Shown here: in pieces, positions 26,290-38,211 of the stretch
Layout: every line of letters starts with the position of its first letter
How positions within the stretch are numbered: position 1 is the first letter of the stretch
Source of the DNA: Chiloscyllium plagiosum
Lineage: Eukaryota
NCBI RefSeq assembly: GCF_004010195.1
Contig: NC_057718.1
Coordinates: 60,258,137-60,322,136, forward strand
Direction of reading: 5' to 3'
DNA: 64,000 nt
Translations under genes and position numbers: made by a program
Notes under the pieces: generated by a model
The model's database searches: none
Told to the model about the DNA's origin: nothing
The model's input: only the letters and a program-made list of their open reading frames with translations

Positions 26290-27000
26290 CCTTGCTGTTT
26301 AGCACAGGCACAAAGCCAAGAAGCTTGTCACAATTGTCAGTAGTCCTCAGTCAAGTCAAGTCAAGCCTTCACTCAGGAGTTCCTGTCACAGTAAGTCAAG
26401 GACAGCTTCTGAGCCCAGTCCAAGGGCTTGGAATCATTCAGTCAGCTATTGGGGTAGTCAGAGTTAGGACCCTCTCCACACAAGAGGTGAGGAGCCAAAT
26501 GTTGGCCAGCCCACCACCTGTCTTGTCCCTTCCTGCCCAATTCAGGCTGCTTGCCTTCTAGAACGGGAGAGGCAGTTATGAAGGAAGTTGAAAGTGGGCA
26601 CCATAACTATTCCTTTTGGCGATGTGGGAATAGTATCTCATGTGAGTGGGTAGGCTTTGCAGATAGCATAGAGGGCTGCTGCTGGTCGCAGTTGGGGTTG
26701 GGGTCAGGGACAGTGAATTGGGGAAAATGTTGCAGACAACAGGTAAGAGTAGTTGAGTGTGAGCCTGAGTGAGAGGTAAATACAGTAATAGAGGTGGACT
26801 GAGTGTGATGCATTGGGGAGAAGATGGTAGCAAAATAAGTCACATCACTGATCCTCTTCCTGAAGTGCTGTGCATTCCTCCAGACTGCTTTAACCTGGCT
26901 TTGTCTGGTGTCACGGTCTTCACTGTTAGTACCGGAGGAAAAGAAAGTCCGACCTCTGTCCCACCTCATCCAGCAGAACCTGCAGGTCCCTACCCTGATA
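26290..27000 (-). mobile_element. Degraded PIF/Harbinger-like remnant (Myb/SANT-like ORF trace)
   Basis: Minus-strand VWRNAQHFRKRISDV resembles the Rt..QCrKk.nDl helix; 26300-26355 is similar to the reverse complement of 34737-34790. Confidence 0.4.
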
Positions 27001-27211
27001 GTGGGCTGCCAATTTGTCCTTGCCTATCATCTGGTCCAAATGTAAGGGACAATACAAGGCAATTCTGGACTGACAGAGCTTGCCCAGGTGCACACCAGGC
27101 TTTAAAAGATAAGACGGGTGCAAGAGATGCCAGTGAATTCTAAGATATCTGCTTAGTGGTGAGTTGTTCTGGCAATGGCATGAAGTAATGGCTAGACTTG
27201 GATGTGAGACA

Positions 27212-27337
27212 GGATTAGAGTGGTGCTGGAAAAGCACAGCAGGTCAGGCAGCTCCAAGGAGCAGGAAAATCAACGTTTCAGCCACCCACTCTAATCTAGA
27301 CTCTGGTTTCCAGCATCTGCAGTCCTTGTTTTTACCG
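27212..27337. mobile_element. Penelope-derived collapsed palindrome (family A)
   Basis: Reverse arm to gtttcag, then forward ccactctaatctagactctggtttccagcatctgcagtc; perfect 13-bp TSD tggatgtgagaca at 27199-27211 and 27338-27350. Confidence 0.82.
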
Positions 27338-27479
27338 TGGATGTGAGACATGCCATAGTGACAAAATATGTAATAATGCGGCACATTTGATAAAATACAG
27401 CAAGAGACTCTGCTAACTCTCACAGTGATAAAACCTTCACAAAGCTCAATGCACCGCCGACTTAGCCAGAAAGGCATAT

Positions 27480-27725
27480 AATTCAGCCCAAGGAAATGGT
27501 TTTGTTTCACAGAAAGCTTTGGAACCGTTAACCTCAAAAGGCAATGGAAGCAAAATTCTTGAGTCTTTTTAAAGAATGGCAGATAGATTCTTGATAAGCA
27601 ATGGGTGAAAGGTTATCAGAGATATGTGGGAATGAGGAGTAATCAGATCAGCAATAGCATTATGGGATAGCAGGGCAAACATGGAAGAATCGAGTGACCT
27701 ATCCCATTCCTAATCTGTTTCTATG
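27480..27725 (+). mobile_element. Old CR1 3' end
   Basis: Decayed F.TE..WN.LPQKA.EA..L..FK..DRFL..VKGY C-terminal pattern and tail. Confidence 0.6.
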
Positions 27726-27789
27726 GCTTCTGCCACTGCCATTTATGAATTTTCAACATATATTTCATCCTGATGGTCAGTTTGGGACT

Positions 27790-27960
27790 GAGAAACTAAC
27801 ACAGAGACACAGTGGATGTCTCATCTGAATGAAGTCATCTCCAACATTGGAGCATTCTTGATACTTGATTGGATTTCTAGCCTGGATTTTGAAGTAGGAT
27901 TTCTAACCACAACCTAGAGACTCAGATTTGAGCCTGCTATCTACCAAGCTACAATTGACA
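27790..27960 (-). mobile_element. Highly decayed DeuSINE (SacSINE1-like) 5' part
   Basis: gtctcatctgaatgaagtcatctccaaca resembles the reverse Deu-domain start; reverse tRNA-like head; recognised from memory only. Confidence 0.35.
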
Positions 27961-30204
27961 TCTATGCTCAACATTTATAAACAGCAGTGACGTGGACAAG
28001 TCTCTTCACATTGGATGACGAATGGATGGTTTAGAAGCAATGATAAATGGTCCAACTGCTGACAGTTCTGCCTTATGTATTTGATGTCGATGAGGGAGAT
28101 GAGGGAAACCAAAATATGCAGTGTGATCTAGATCCAATGGAAAAAAAATGGAAATGATAGATCCACTTCTTACATTTCTTTCATTAAGTGTAATATCAGA
28201 GGAGCTGACACATGCACATTTCATGCTGGGTTTAAAATAAATCTCAGGGTCTAACATATATATAAACATAAAAACAGCCATTCATTATTGAATTGCAACA
28301 GAGGTAACAGATAAGAGAGAGTCAATTAAAGGCTGCCATCTAATCTCAAGAGTTCAAAATGATACCTTCAAGCTGTTGAAGTTTCAGCATTGAAGTTTAT
28401 AAAGGTTTTCTGATCCTCTCCATTCTCTACTTGTACACTTGTATCCGATATTAATAGAATTCTGGAATGGCACCCCATTTTTTTTTGGTTCAGTAGAGAA
28501 TAGATGATTGGTCACAGCAAATTAGAACACATACTGGATGCTAAATGTGACAAGTTTCAGCCGAGACAGACTGAGAAAGAAGTTGGTCAGAATTATTGGG
28601 ATTTCTGCCAACTTTGTCCTTTTGCTAGACAGACTATCCATTGTCAGTGCCACGTTTGACAAAAATGAAAAAAGTAACTACTGCAATCTCTTACAAGTTA
28701 AAAGAAATATTTATAACAACATAATTAATAAAATGCTTGTCTGACAGACTGGCAGGCAGACACACACATCACCCCTGTAATCCATGTCTCCTGGCTTTAC
28801 CGTCCTAGCAGTAACATAATAAGTAACAGATGTCACAGGGCAGTTACTGAACTGTACATAATAAAAAGGAGAGGAGGGGGCAGTGAAGCCAACTTTTAAG
28901 TGTTATTTTTAACTAAATTTCTGCTCTTATATTTAAATGTCATCTATGAATTGAGAAACTTTGAATCTACTGAGTAATATTACAGTGAAAGCTTTGAGAT
29001 ATTTATAGGTTAACATTCAGTTCACTAGATTGAGTACAGGCCATTTACTCTGCTGATTGTCCCACCTTCCACATCTGGTTAATATCTTTCAAGGGGCTTC
29101 CAGTAATAGGTAGGAGTTCTTCACTGCACAGGCCTGTTTATATGTAACGAAGCCAACTCTGCTTAAAAATTATTCTCCATAAAACACATCAGAAAGATAA
29201 ATGAAGAAAAGCATGAGTGCCAGACCACAGAAGACAGGAATAACCTATGTGACATTGTTTTTGAACTGCATTCATCAGCAGTAGTTTTTCTCCCCTTTTT
29301 CTGCCCTTTTCATATGTCAGTTTGGTAACATACCGCTTCCTCATGTTCTTTTTTAAGTTCAGAGTTCAAGCAGCTATAAATATTGTAAAGTGCTACAAAT
29401 CTTTTTACAGTACCATTCAGTGACAAGGTTCGGCCTTTCTTCTGAAAGTGCAATGTGGATATGAACAGTGTCTTGGCACTGCAGACCGCCCCGATTCTGC
29501 TTCCTGTTGTACAGCCGCTATGATATTTTTTCCTTGGCAAGGAAAGGTCTAGCATACAACTGAAGAAAAAAAGATAAATTGTGAAGCCACTTTTTTCAGT
29601 TATTTCTCTACCTCCTTCCTCTTGAAGCTACAAATCCCTGGTGGGACATAGTTCCATATTCAATGGTAGCTTGTCAAAATGGCTCTTTCTGGTGAGTCAA
29701 AAAGATTCACATTAACAAATTACCCTATTATGAACTGCAGCATATGACTGGCACATACTTCTTCCTGTACAAAAAATACATTAGACCATAAGAGATAGAA
29801 GTGAAAGTAAGGCCATTCGGCCCATTGGGTCCACACTGCCATTTAATGATACACACACATGCACTTTTTAAATCATCATCCAAAGTGGAGTCCAGCAGAT
29901 TTTGCTTTTCAGAAATCCAAAAAATTGACTTTATTTATTACCTTGAAAACTATTAGATTCTTCAACAGAAAAGTCCCAAAACTATATTGCAAACTTGCTC
30001 CATCCACTAGGTACCAAGGCCATATGGCACTCTATTTATCCAATGCTAGCCTGATTCCTCCACTTGCCATGGCAGACATACTCCCATTGCCAGGATATCT
30101 CGGGAAACCAGGTATTGGCCCCATCTTTAAAAGGTAGTTAAAAGCAGTCAAGTGTTTGCAGTCCGTGGCTGCCCTGCACAGATTAAGACATTCACCCCGG
30201 TTGT

Positions 30205-30446
30205 GGCAACCAAGGAGAAATTGGCACCTTGCTTTGCATAGAGCCCTGAAGTTCCTGCTGAATGGGGTGGTGCAGAGGAAGGTTGTCTTCTTCTCCTAGG
30301 ACCAGTAGAGGACGAAACAGCACCAGATTCTGCCAGCGTGGTTTAATGTCTGCTGCTACCTAGGCCAGTGAGATATTAGCCATCCGGAGGAACACCCAAC
30401 ATTGCCACAGCAAGGTCAATGTTTTTTCTGTCCTGCCAGGGTAAGT
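30205..30446 (+). mobile_element. Harbinger-associated Myb/SANT-like exon remnant
   Basis: EKLAPCFA../ALKFLLNGVVQRKVVFF..ILPAW../IRRNTQHCHSKVN followed by splice donor gtaagt at 30441; disrupted by stops and frameshifts. Confidence 0.55.
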
Positions 30447-30632
30447 GCTGTCATTATCTCTCTGCTAACTTATACTCACTCTGTTTCTGCTACTGCATGC
30501 ACCTCCCATCCAATCTTCTGCTCTATGACCCTCATTATTGTTACATAAACTTCCTTCACTTGTTATGTCTACATTAATTAACACATTGTGAATTCAGCAT
30601 GTCTTCTGTACTAATTGCTTGCCCACTCACAA

Positions 30633-31225
30633 GGAGGCAATGGCCTAGTCATGTTATTGTCAGACTATTAATCCAGAGAGTCGAGAGTGTGGTACTGGAA
30701 AAGCACAGCAGGTCAGGCAGCATCTGAGGAGAAGGAGAATCGATGTTTCAGGCAAAAGCTGGCTCTAGTCTCTAGCATCTGCAGTCCTCACTTTTGCCTA
30801 GTTGATTTTAATTTATTGCAAAGCCTATTCCAAGGATGCTTACCTTGAAGAAGTTCTCCTCCTCTCTTTACAAGGATCTCAGTGAGTCTCTCTCTCTCAC
30901 CCCAGGTTGTGTCCTCTGCCCTATAAACCCAGAGACCCAGGCAATTTTCTAGGCACCTGGTTTCGATTCCCACCATGGTAGATGGTGGGAATTAGGAAAA
31001 TCTGGAATTGGGAAGCTAAAGATGACCATGAAATCACTGCCAATTGTTGGAACAACACATCAGGTTCACTAATGTCCTTTAGGGAAACTGCTACCCTTCC
31101 TTGTCTGGACTCCAGACCCACAGCAATATGGTTGATTCTCAACTGCTCTGTGGGCATTAGCAGGATGTGAGCAATAAACACTGGCCTAGCCAGTGATGCA
31201 TGCATTCTGTGAATGAATAAATAAG
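30633..31225 (+). mobile_element. tRNA-derived SINE (second family) interrupted by a Penelope insertion
   Basis: Head gaggcaatggcctagt..attaatccagag resumes at acccaggcaatt; family core and tail present. Confidence 0.78.
30680..30925. mobile_element. Penelope-derived insertion (family A) with long 3' extension
   Basis: Reverse arm, then forward agcatctgcagtcctcactttt and about 125 bp further; flanking repeat ccagaga. Confidence 0.72.
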
Positions 31226-32296
31226 AAAGAGACAGAGTACACCTTAGCATTTTCCCCTCACCTACATCAGCATTAAGAGTTGTGCCATCTACCTTAGCCA
31301 CTCCATTTCTTTTATTCCACTAGGAAACAGCACCACTAAGGCCAAAAAGCAACAGGCTGGGTGGTGCAGTGCCCAGCATTCAGTGCTTCACCCCCTAATG
31401 AGGAGGTGACCTTGACCCTCACAACCAAGCACTGTGACCAGTGGAGACACTGAAGCATCCGTGTCTCGGCAAACAAGGAAGAAGCATTGTCATTTGCTTT
31501 GTTACTCTCCTAATAACCCCACTCTTAATGTATCATTTAAAAGCCTTAGCTTTTATCCTTTGTCCACAATGCCTTCTCACCCTACAGGTACCAGCAACAT
31601 TACCATGGTCTCTGTGATCAAGAGGCCTTCTCCACAAGACATTCCCTCCTCTATCTCTGATGAAAAGAGTGCAGATCCCTCAGAGGAAACATCCAGCAAG
31701 GCTAGCTCTTGCATTCGCCATCAGCTCAGACATTGACACTTTAGCAGGTACTTTATCGAGATTAGAGTCAGGAGTACCTGCTGCTGGGCTCTTTCCTGCC
31801 TCGAATCCACAGCTGGCCAAGCAGCGAACCCCAGGTCACTGGTACTCAAGAGTTAGAGTTCTGATTTGGAGGTGTGGGTTTTGGACTGGGGTTGGCAAAG
31901 TTAAAAATCACACAACACCAGGTTATAGTCCAACAGGTTTACTTGGAAGCACTAGCTTTCAGAGCACTGCTCCTTCAGGTGGTTGTAGAGAATAAGATCA
32001 TAAGACACAGAAGTTATAGCAAAAGTTTACAATGTGATGTAACTGAAATTATATATTGATAAAAACCTGGATTGTTTGTTAAGTCTCTCATCTGTTAGAA
32101 TAACCATGTTGGTTTCAGTTCTTTCATATGTAAATCCCAGAACTTTTTTTTAAAAGTTACATTCTCAAGTGAACTTAAACAATAGGTGCCCTGTTGGCCC
32201 AGATAATGCACTGAAGGTGTGAGGTGCCCTGTGTGAGGCTGTCTGTGCCCCAGTGTTCAGACTGATTCTAATCTAAAAAAGGGATTTACAGAATCG

Positions 32297-32460
32297 TTTG
32301 CTTTGTTACTCTCCTAATAACCCCACTCTTAATGTATCATTTAAAAGCCTTAGCTTTTATCCTTTGTCCACAATGCCTTCTCACCCTCCAGGTACCAGCA
32401 ACATTACCATGGTCTCTGTGATCAAGAGGCCTTCTCCAAAAGACATTCCCTCCTCTATCT
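32297..32460 (+). repeat. 164-bp direct duplicate of 31493-31656
   Basis: Identical except for 2 substitutions by eye. Confidence 0.95.
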
Positions 32461-32879
32461 ACAACACATGTTGGACACAAACATGTGTGTGTGTGTATTT
32501 GTGAGGTGAATTTGTACTTGCAACATTACATTTCCTTTTGCTCAAAAACTGCACAATTTCATGTAAGATTCTGTAAATCCCTTTTTTAGATTAGAATCCG
32601 TCTGAGCATTGGGGCGCAGACAGCCTCACACAGGGCAGCTCACACCTTCAGTACATTATCTGGGCCAACAGGGCACCTATTGTTAATATTCACTTGAGAA
32701 TGGAACTTTAAAAAAATGTTCTGGAATTTACATGTGAAAGAAATGAAATGAACATGGTCATTCTAAAAGATGACAGTATTAACCATCAATCCAGGTCTTT
32801 ATCATTATATAATTTCAGTTACATCACATTGTAAATTTTTGTTATAACTTCTGTGTCCTACAATCTTATACTCTACAAC

Positions 32880-32914
32880 CACCTGATGAAGGAGCAGCGC
32901 TCCAAAAGCTAGTG
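32880..32914 (+). ncRNA. Minimal type I hammerhead ribozyme motif, family B (core G mutated to A)
   Basis: cac-CTGATGA-aggagc-agc-gctcc-aAAA-GCTA-gtg; stem I cac/gtg, palindromic AGCT stem III; GAAA survives in the left arm. Confidence 0.6.
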
Positions 32915-33949
32915 CTTCCAAATAAACCTGTTGGACTATAACCTGGTGTTGTGTGCTTTATAACTTGATACTCAAGAAGACTGCCAGAGAACAGGCCCCT
33001 GCTCAGCTTCAGGCAGGAGATGACTCCATGGAGTTGGCACTTCATGACTTTACTGACATGTCCAAGCAGCAGCTCTATTGGGCCACTGGAGGACTACAAC
33101 AGTGCAGTCAGTATCCTTGTACCTCACACATGTGAGTGTCTGGCTGTCTCCATGCACAGATTGGTGGGTAGCATGACAACTAGGATTCACAGTCACAGAG
33201 TTTGCTGGAAATGCTAACAGACCTGCTGCATTCCATTTTTCAGCACCAAAGTCTCGGAGATATGCACATGAGGGACCTTGACTTCAATCCAAGTGCTCCT
33301 TTCTCACAAAGATACTGGGCAGTATCAGTCAACACACAGATGGAGGAGGAACCTTACACAAGCACTCTAAAGATTTCTAACAAGAATTTCCAGTGTGGCA
33401 GGGCCTTACACCTCCACCCAGACTGGCACCTTCATCTCTGATGGCGAGTATCTCTGGGCAGGGCATAATCACTATAACTATGCACTTTAGACAGAAATAC
33501 CCACTAAGCTTGCCTGATAGAAATACTATGGTTAATGTGGTTCACTGTAGGGTAAGCTGCCACCATCCCAACTGTGGAACCCAAGACTGCACTGAGAAAG
33601 AATGGAATAGAATAAAAGAAGACCTTCTGCAGACACATAGCTGACACATCACTGTAAATACATGATCACATTTTTAAATATATGTTAATATTTCTTTATT
33701 ATCTGTGTTTGTAAGTTTCTGCCGAGCTTCAAATATAACATTGAAGGTACTGAGCCCACCAATCCTTAGTGCTACATGAGGCTTTATGGTTCAAAGTATG
33801 AAGTGAGCAGATCTTGCACCATGTACAGGCTTCAGAGAAATCACAGGTGACTGGCATTTTTGCAACCACTGTTAATCATTTTAGGCAGCAAAACACTGCA
33901 AAAGTATCACAGCCATAGGAAGAATTGTTTCATTATGTTGAATATTAGA

Positions 33950-34800
33950 GTCAAGAGAGCTTTTGGCTGTACACTATAGGTTCATGCTTAATGTTCACAT
34001 GACAAGTTGTGCCTGGAAGTGTATTCCACCTGTACTGTATGGGTGCCTGTGCAATGCCATTGTTCTTTAGAAGGGCCACAAGCTGTTTGAAATTGGAATC
34101 CTCACAGGATGAAACATTGGTCTCACCAATTCCAGGTGTGACCACTTCATATTGATCTCCACTGCACTGTTGTTATTTCCAACTTGATGGAAGGCAACAG
34201 AGGACCCTTATCAAGCAGTCCATTTCAGACTCAGCTTCTCAATTTTGGTGAAACCTCAAGTGTATACATTCCCTTTTTGGTAACCCACTTGATTTACCCT
34301 CTAGGCTTTGAACTTCCAAAGTCCACAGCCAATCATTTATTCAAATCTTCATTTGCCCTTTTTAGACTTCAGCCTCTTTTCACCCCCAGCCCCAGCATTT
34401 CAAATAAACATGCTAGAACACTTGCCACTTGCTGCATTGGATTCACAGGGCTGACCATAGCCCACTCCCTGGATTGTAGAAGTGTGGGCCTCCTGAATCA
34501 TCAGTCAGCTGACCTTGCCCAAGCCTGTAGATTGATATCAGAGACTATTCTTGATTTCCTGTGCTGGAACTCCCTGCATAAAGGATGTCTCCCTTGGCTT
34601 GATAAGTCCCCTTAGACTTTGAGACATGGCTATTGCATAAAGTGTGTAAGCAGTGTGCTTGGCACATTCACATTTGGCTTATGATTTAGGTGCAACACAG
34701 ACATAGCACGATTCCATACAGCAACACATCCACCCCCTTGACCGATGACTGCTGACAACTGTGACAAGCTTCCTGTCTTTGTGTCTGCGCTGAAAGGCAA
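33950..34800 (-). mobile_element. Possible decayed Harbinger transposase remnant
   Basis: Minus-strand ggactgcttgataagggtcctctg resembles the (G)WLLGDKGYPL motif; shares a segment with 26300-26355. Confidence 0.3.
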
Positions 34801-37460
34801 GTCGGGATAAAAGTACTTTGAGCGTTTAAGATCTGACTGAGAGGAAAAGCACCTCAGGAGGCATAGAGTGGCATGGATTATATTAAGTGACATTAGTTAT
34901 TGGGGGTGTTGGATGGATTGAGAATAAGAGTATATGTAGAACAACATTAAAGAGCTGGGCTGATGCCACAGTGAACCAAGGCAGGATTTCCAAACCGTTG
35001 CCTCAGCATCTGTATTCCTCCAGTACTGCATGTATCTGAAAACCTGACTGGTGTGCACCTACCTGTCCAGGAGATGAAAACATGGCAAGACTCCGGGCTT
35101 CTGAACTCAGGGAAGTGTCTCACTTCCTGAAGCCAACATTAAAGCCCAGTCTGTGGACTTGTTTAACCTAATTAATCTGAAGGACCTAAGTGAAGTGGCT
35201 CCTTCTTAGTATTACCTTAAAGGTTCGATCTGGATTAAATTGTTAAAGAGGCTTCAATTCACAAGCTCCTGATTCAAAGGTAAGAGGCTTCTCTCTGAAC
35301 CAAGACTGACACCAATTGTCTCATTTAACAGCTTTATGCAGAAAAGGACCAATGTATGTATTACTCATGAGATACTAATGGTCTGAATGCATCAGGAAAT
35401 TTCAGGTGAGTTTGATGAATAATTTAATCGTGGCATATGACAAGTATCATGGATTTGATGTTGCCTATCCAAATAGACTGCAATGATCTTCCTCAGTCCT
35501 AAAAATGTTCATTTACAAATATTCATTACAAAGATAAGACTGTGCTGAATAAAATATCATATAGATCAAACAGTGCATCAAAAAGGTGGCGCATTTATTT
35601 ACTGAGTCTTTCAGCTTCTCCCCCCACCCACAAAAAAAACTTTCCCAATGACAAAGGACTAATTATAGATCAAACATAATGATTTGTAGCCATGTTAAGT
35701 ACTGGTAATTGATACTCCTAGTGATTTTACACAGAAGTCAGCAGGATATTGATTTTTAGAATTAGATACAGTCAGTTTACGCAAGTAAAATTAAACCAGA
35801 AAAGTAGGGTTATACCATGACAGCCATTAAGCTCTGAAAGTAATGAAATCCTCAGTGGGATTTTTCTCTTCATTTGTAGTTAATTTCCAAACCCAGATGC
35901 CAAATTCAATTAAACAGCCATTAAAAGAAAACAATTTTTCTGAAATTTAAAGTTCATAGCTTACACTGACAATGAAGCATAAATATTATCCCAATATCAC
36001 ACCTATGGAAGATATTTCTACTTCAAATCACAAAAAAATTCTACACTGAATTTCATAAAGATCCTCAGCCACTAAAACATTGGGGTGACGAAAGATGGTT
36101 AAAGTTCTGAAGCTTTTAGTCATCGAATCTTCCAACTTTCATATTTCTTTTTATTGGGTGTGATGCTGATCCATCTGAAGTAGACATTGCCTTATGTGAA
36201 TTGTATGGCCTGGAGGGATAGTGTTTTCAAAAGTGAATATGATTTGATAGACCTCAGTAGGAAAGTTGGATTTTCTTTGCATTTGATGTTGCTGTATCTA
36301 TTGATACATTGTTTATTGTTATTTACATCTAATTTACTGCAATGGGAGCATTTCCGTTTTAAATTTAACCCTTCAAAGCAAGATTCTATCGACTACTTCA
36401 CTAGCTTCAATTAATGCCATTTGTGATTTTCTTTGTGTACCCAGTGTAACATACAGTACAGATTGTTAGGTTCTGTTGAGCTTTTTATCTTGCAGTTTAT
36501 TGACAGCACTGACTATTTAAAAAGCTATAAGATCACAGATGTGGACATATTGCCAGGGTTTTGTGCTTACTGATGTTCAAGTATATTACATGCAGGTAAT
36601 TGACAGGCTCCATTACATTGAGATAGTGACTGAGAACGGTGTCTTTATACCAGGACATCGTATGTCATGGTGTTATATAACAGTCTTAAAGATTTGGTCT
36701 GTTTGGTCTAGAACCTATGTTATAATATGAAGCCACTCCTTTTCCTTTTGAAAAATGGAAGCTCTTTTCCAGTATCAAAGATACATTTGACTATATTATC
36801 TCTATACGTTTAGATGACACGATGATATGACATGACCAGATCTTGAGCCTTCAGTATCCAAGTTGTCATCCTGTGTGATAGCCGGTTGATGATATGCATT
36901 TGGATATTTTTTCAGGACTTGACCATTGCTCATTACAACATCACAATGAAATAGTATCTTTCTACGAACCCCCATGTTCATGCAAAAACTCAAATTATAT
37001 GCTTTGTCCTCGGTCAAGTTGAGATAAATGTCTGAATGCTTACATACCATTTTGTTTCCTTCTCTCCAACAATGTTTGTTGGCAGATAGAATGTGGGAGG
37101 GAAGAACTGTGTAGCTCTGTTTTCCAAATGAGGGTAAACCATTGCTTAGAGGAATAACACATGGATATAAAATAATTACTTGAAAATCATGGCAAGTCAC
37201 TTTACACATAATGACCATGGATTTTACAGGATAATAGTGTGCTCTGAGAAACCATTGAGCGAGGAAAGAGAAGAGGATGAAGAGAAAAGGTAATATGTTA
37301 ACATACTATTTCCTGCATGTATCTCAGAAGGGTGCATTTGTTTAATCATAGTATGTAAGGTGTGTTGCCCACTCCCTTTTAGATACATCACTTGAATCGG
37401 TAAAGGTTTCAGTTTTTCTGACAGAATCCTTGTGAAGTGTCAAGTTGGCCATATGTACTG

Positions 37461-37600
37461 AGGTTCTGAGGAAGGATCACTGGACCCAAAATGTTAACTC
37501 TGATCTCTCTCCATAGATACTGCCAGGCTTGCTGAGCTTTTTCAGCAATTTTTGTTTTCATTTCTGATTTCCAGCATCAGCAGTTCTTTCATTTTTATTG
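37461..37600 (+). mobile_element. Penelope terminal fragment (family C), CpG-decayed hammerhead
   Basis: ggtt-CTGAGGA-aggatcactggaccc-aaaa-tgtt-aact followed by the family tail. Confidence 0.72.
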
Positions 37601-38211
37601 ACCATGCATACAGTCTGACTGGTGATACTATGGCTTCCTCCTGGACTTCATTAATATGTTTGCATGCCATGGACTGAACTTTGGAAGCTTTTTCAGCATT
37701 ACTCCTTGAGTAGCTTTTTTTTCATATGTTTCTGATGTGGGGAGCGGTGTGTTGTACTGTGGGTTTCTCTGGGCAGTTAGATCTCATGTACATTTTGGTT
37801 CAATATCTGTCTGCAGTACATAGTTTGCATGTGCCTTCAAATGATGGATACTGTCTTGTTATGTGAGACAAGCCACATCTCGTGTTAAATTTGGACATTC
37901 CACTAAACCCAGTTGATAGCCACAATAGTTATTTCAGAGTCAATCACTTGTAGATGTTAATGGCCTGTTTCAATTGACTCAAATTTGTGTCCCTCATCTA
38001 GAGGTGTGACAATAATATGCTCCATAGATTTGTCCAGAAGTGCTCTTTTGAAGATTTTGAGGGTATGGATGCAATGACTACGTCTATAGGCCTTTTAGCT
38101 AAGTTAACTCAATGAAATCATGTTCCATAGCTTTACATCTATCTGTGAATCCATTGAACTATTTGCCTGGCTGTTAGCAGTATGTCATGAACTCAAACCT
38201 GTATACCTGAG

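Larger units (their letters stand above)
31852..32965. mobile_element. Penelope-derived inverted-repeat insertion (family B) enclosing a duplicated flanking segment
   Basis: Arms about 31863-32296 and 32461-32965 are inverted copies homologous to 38212-38640; TSD tg(g/a)tactcaaga at 31840-31851 and 32966-32977. Confidence 0.85.
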
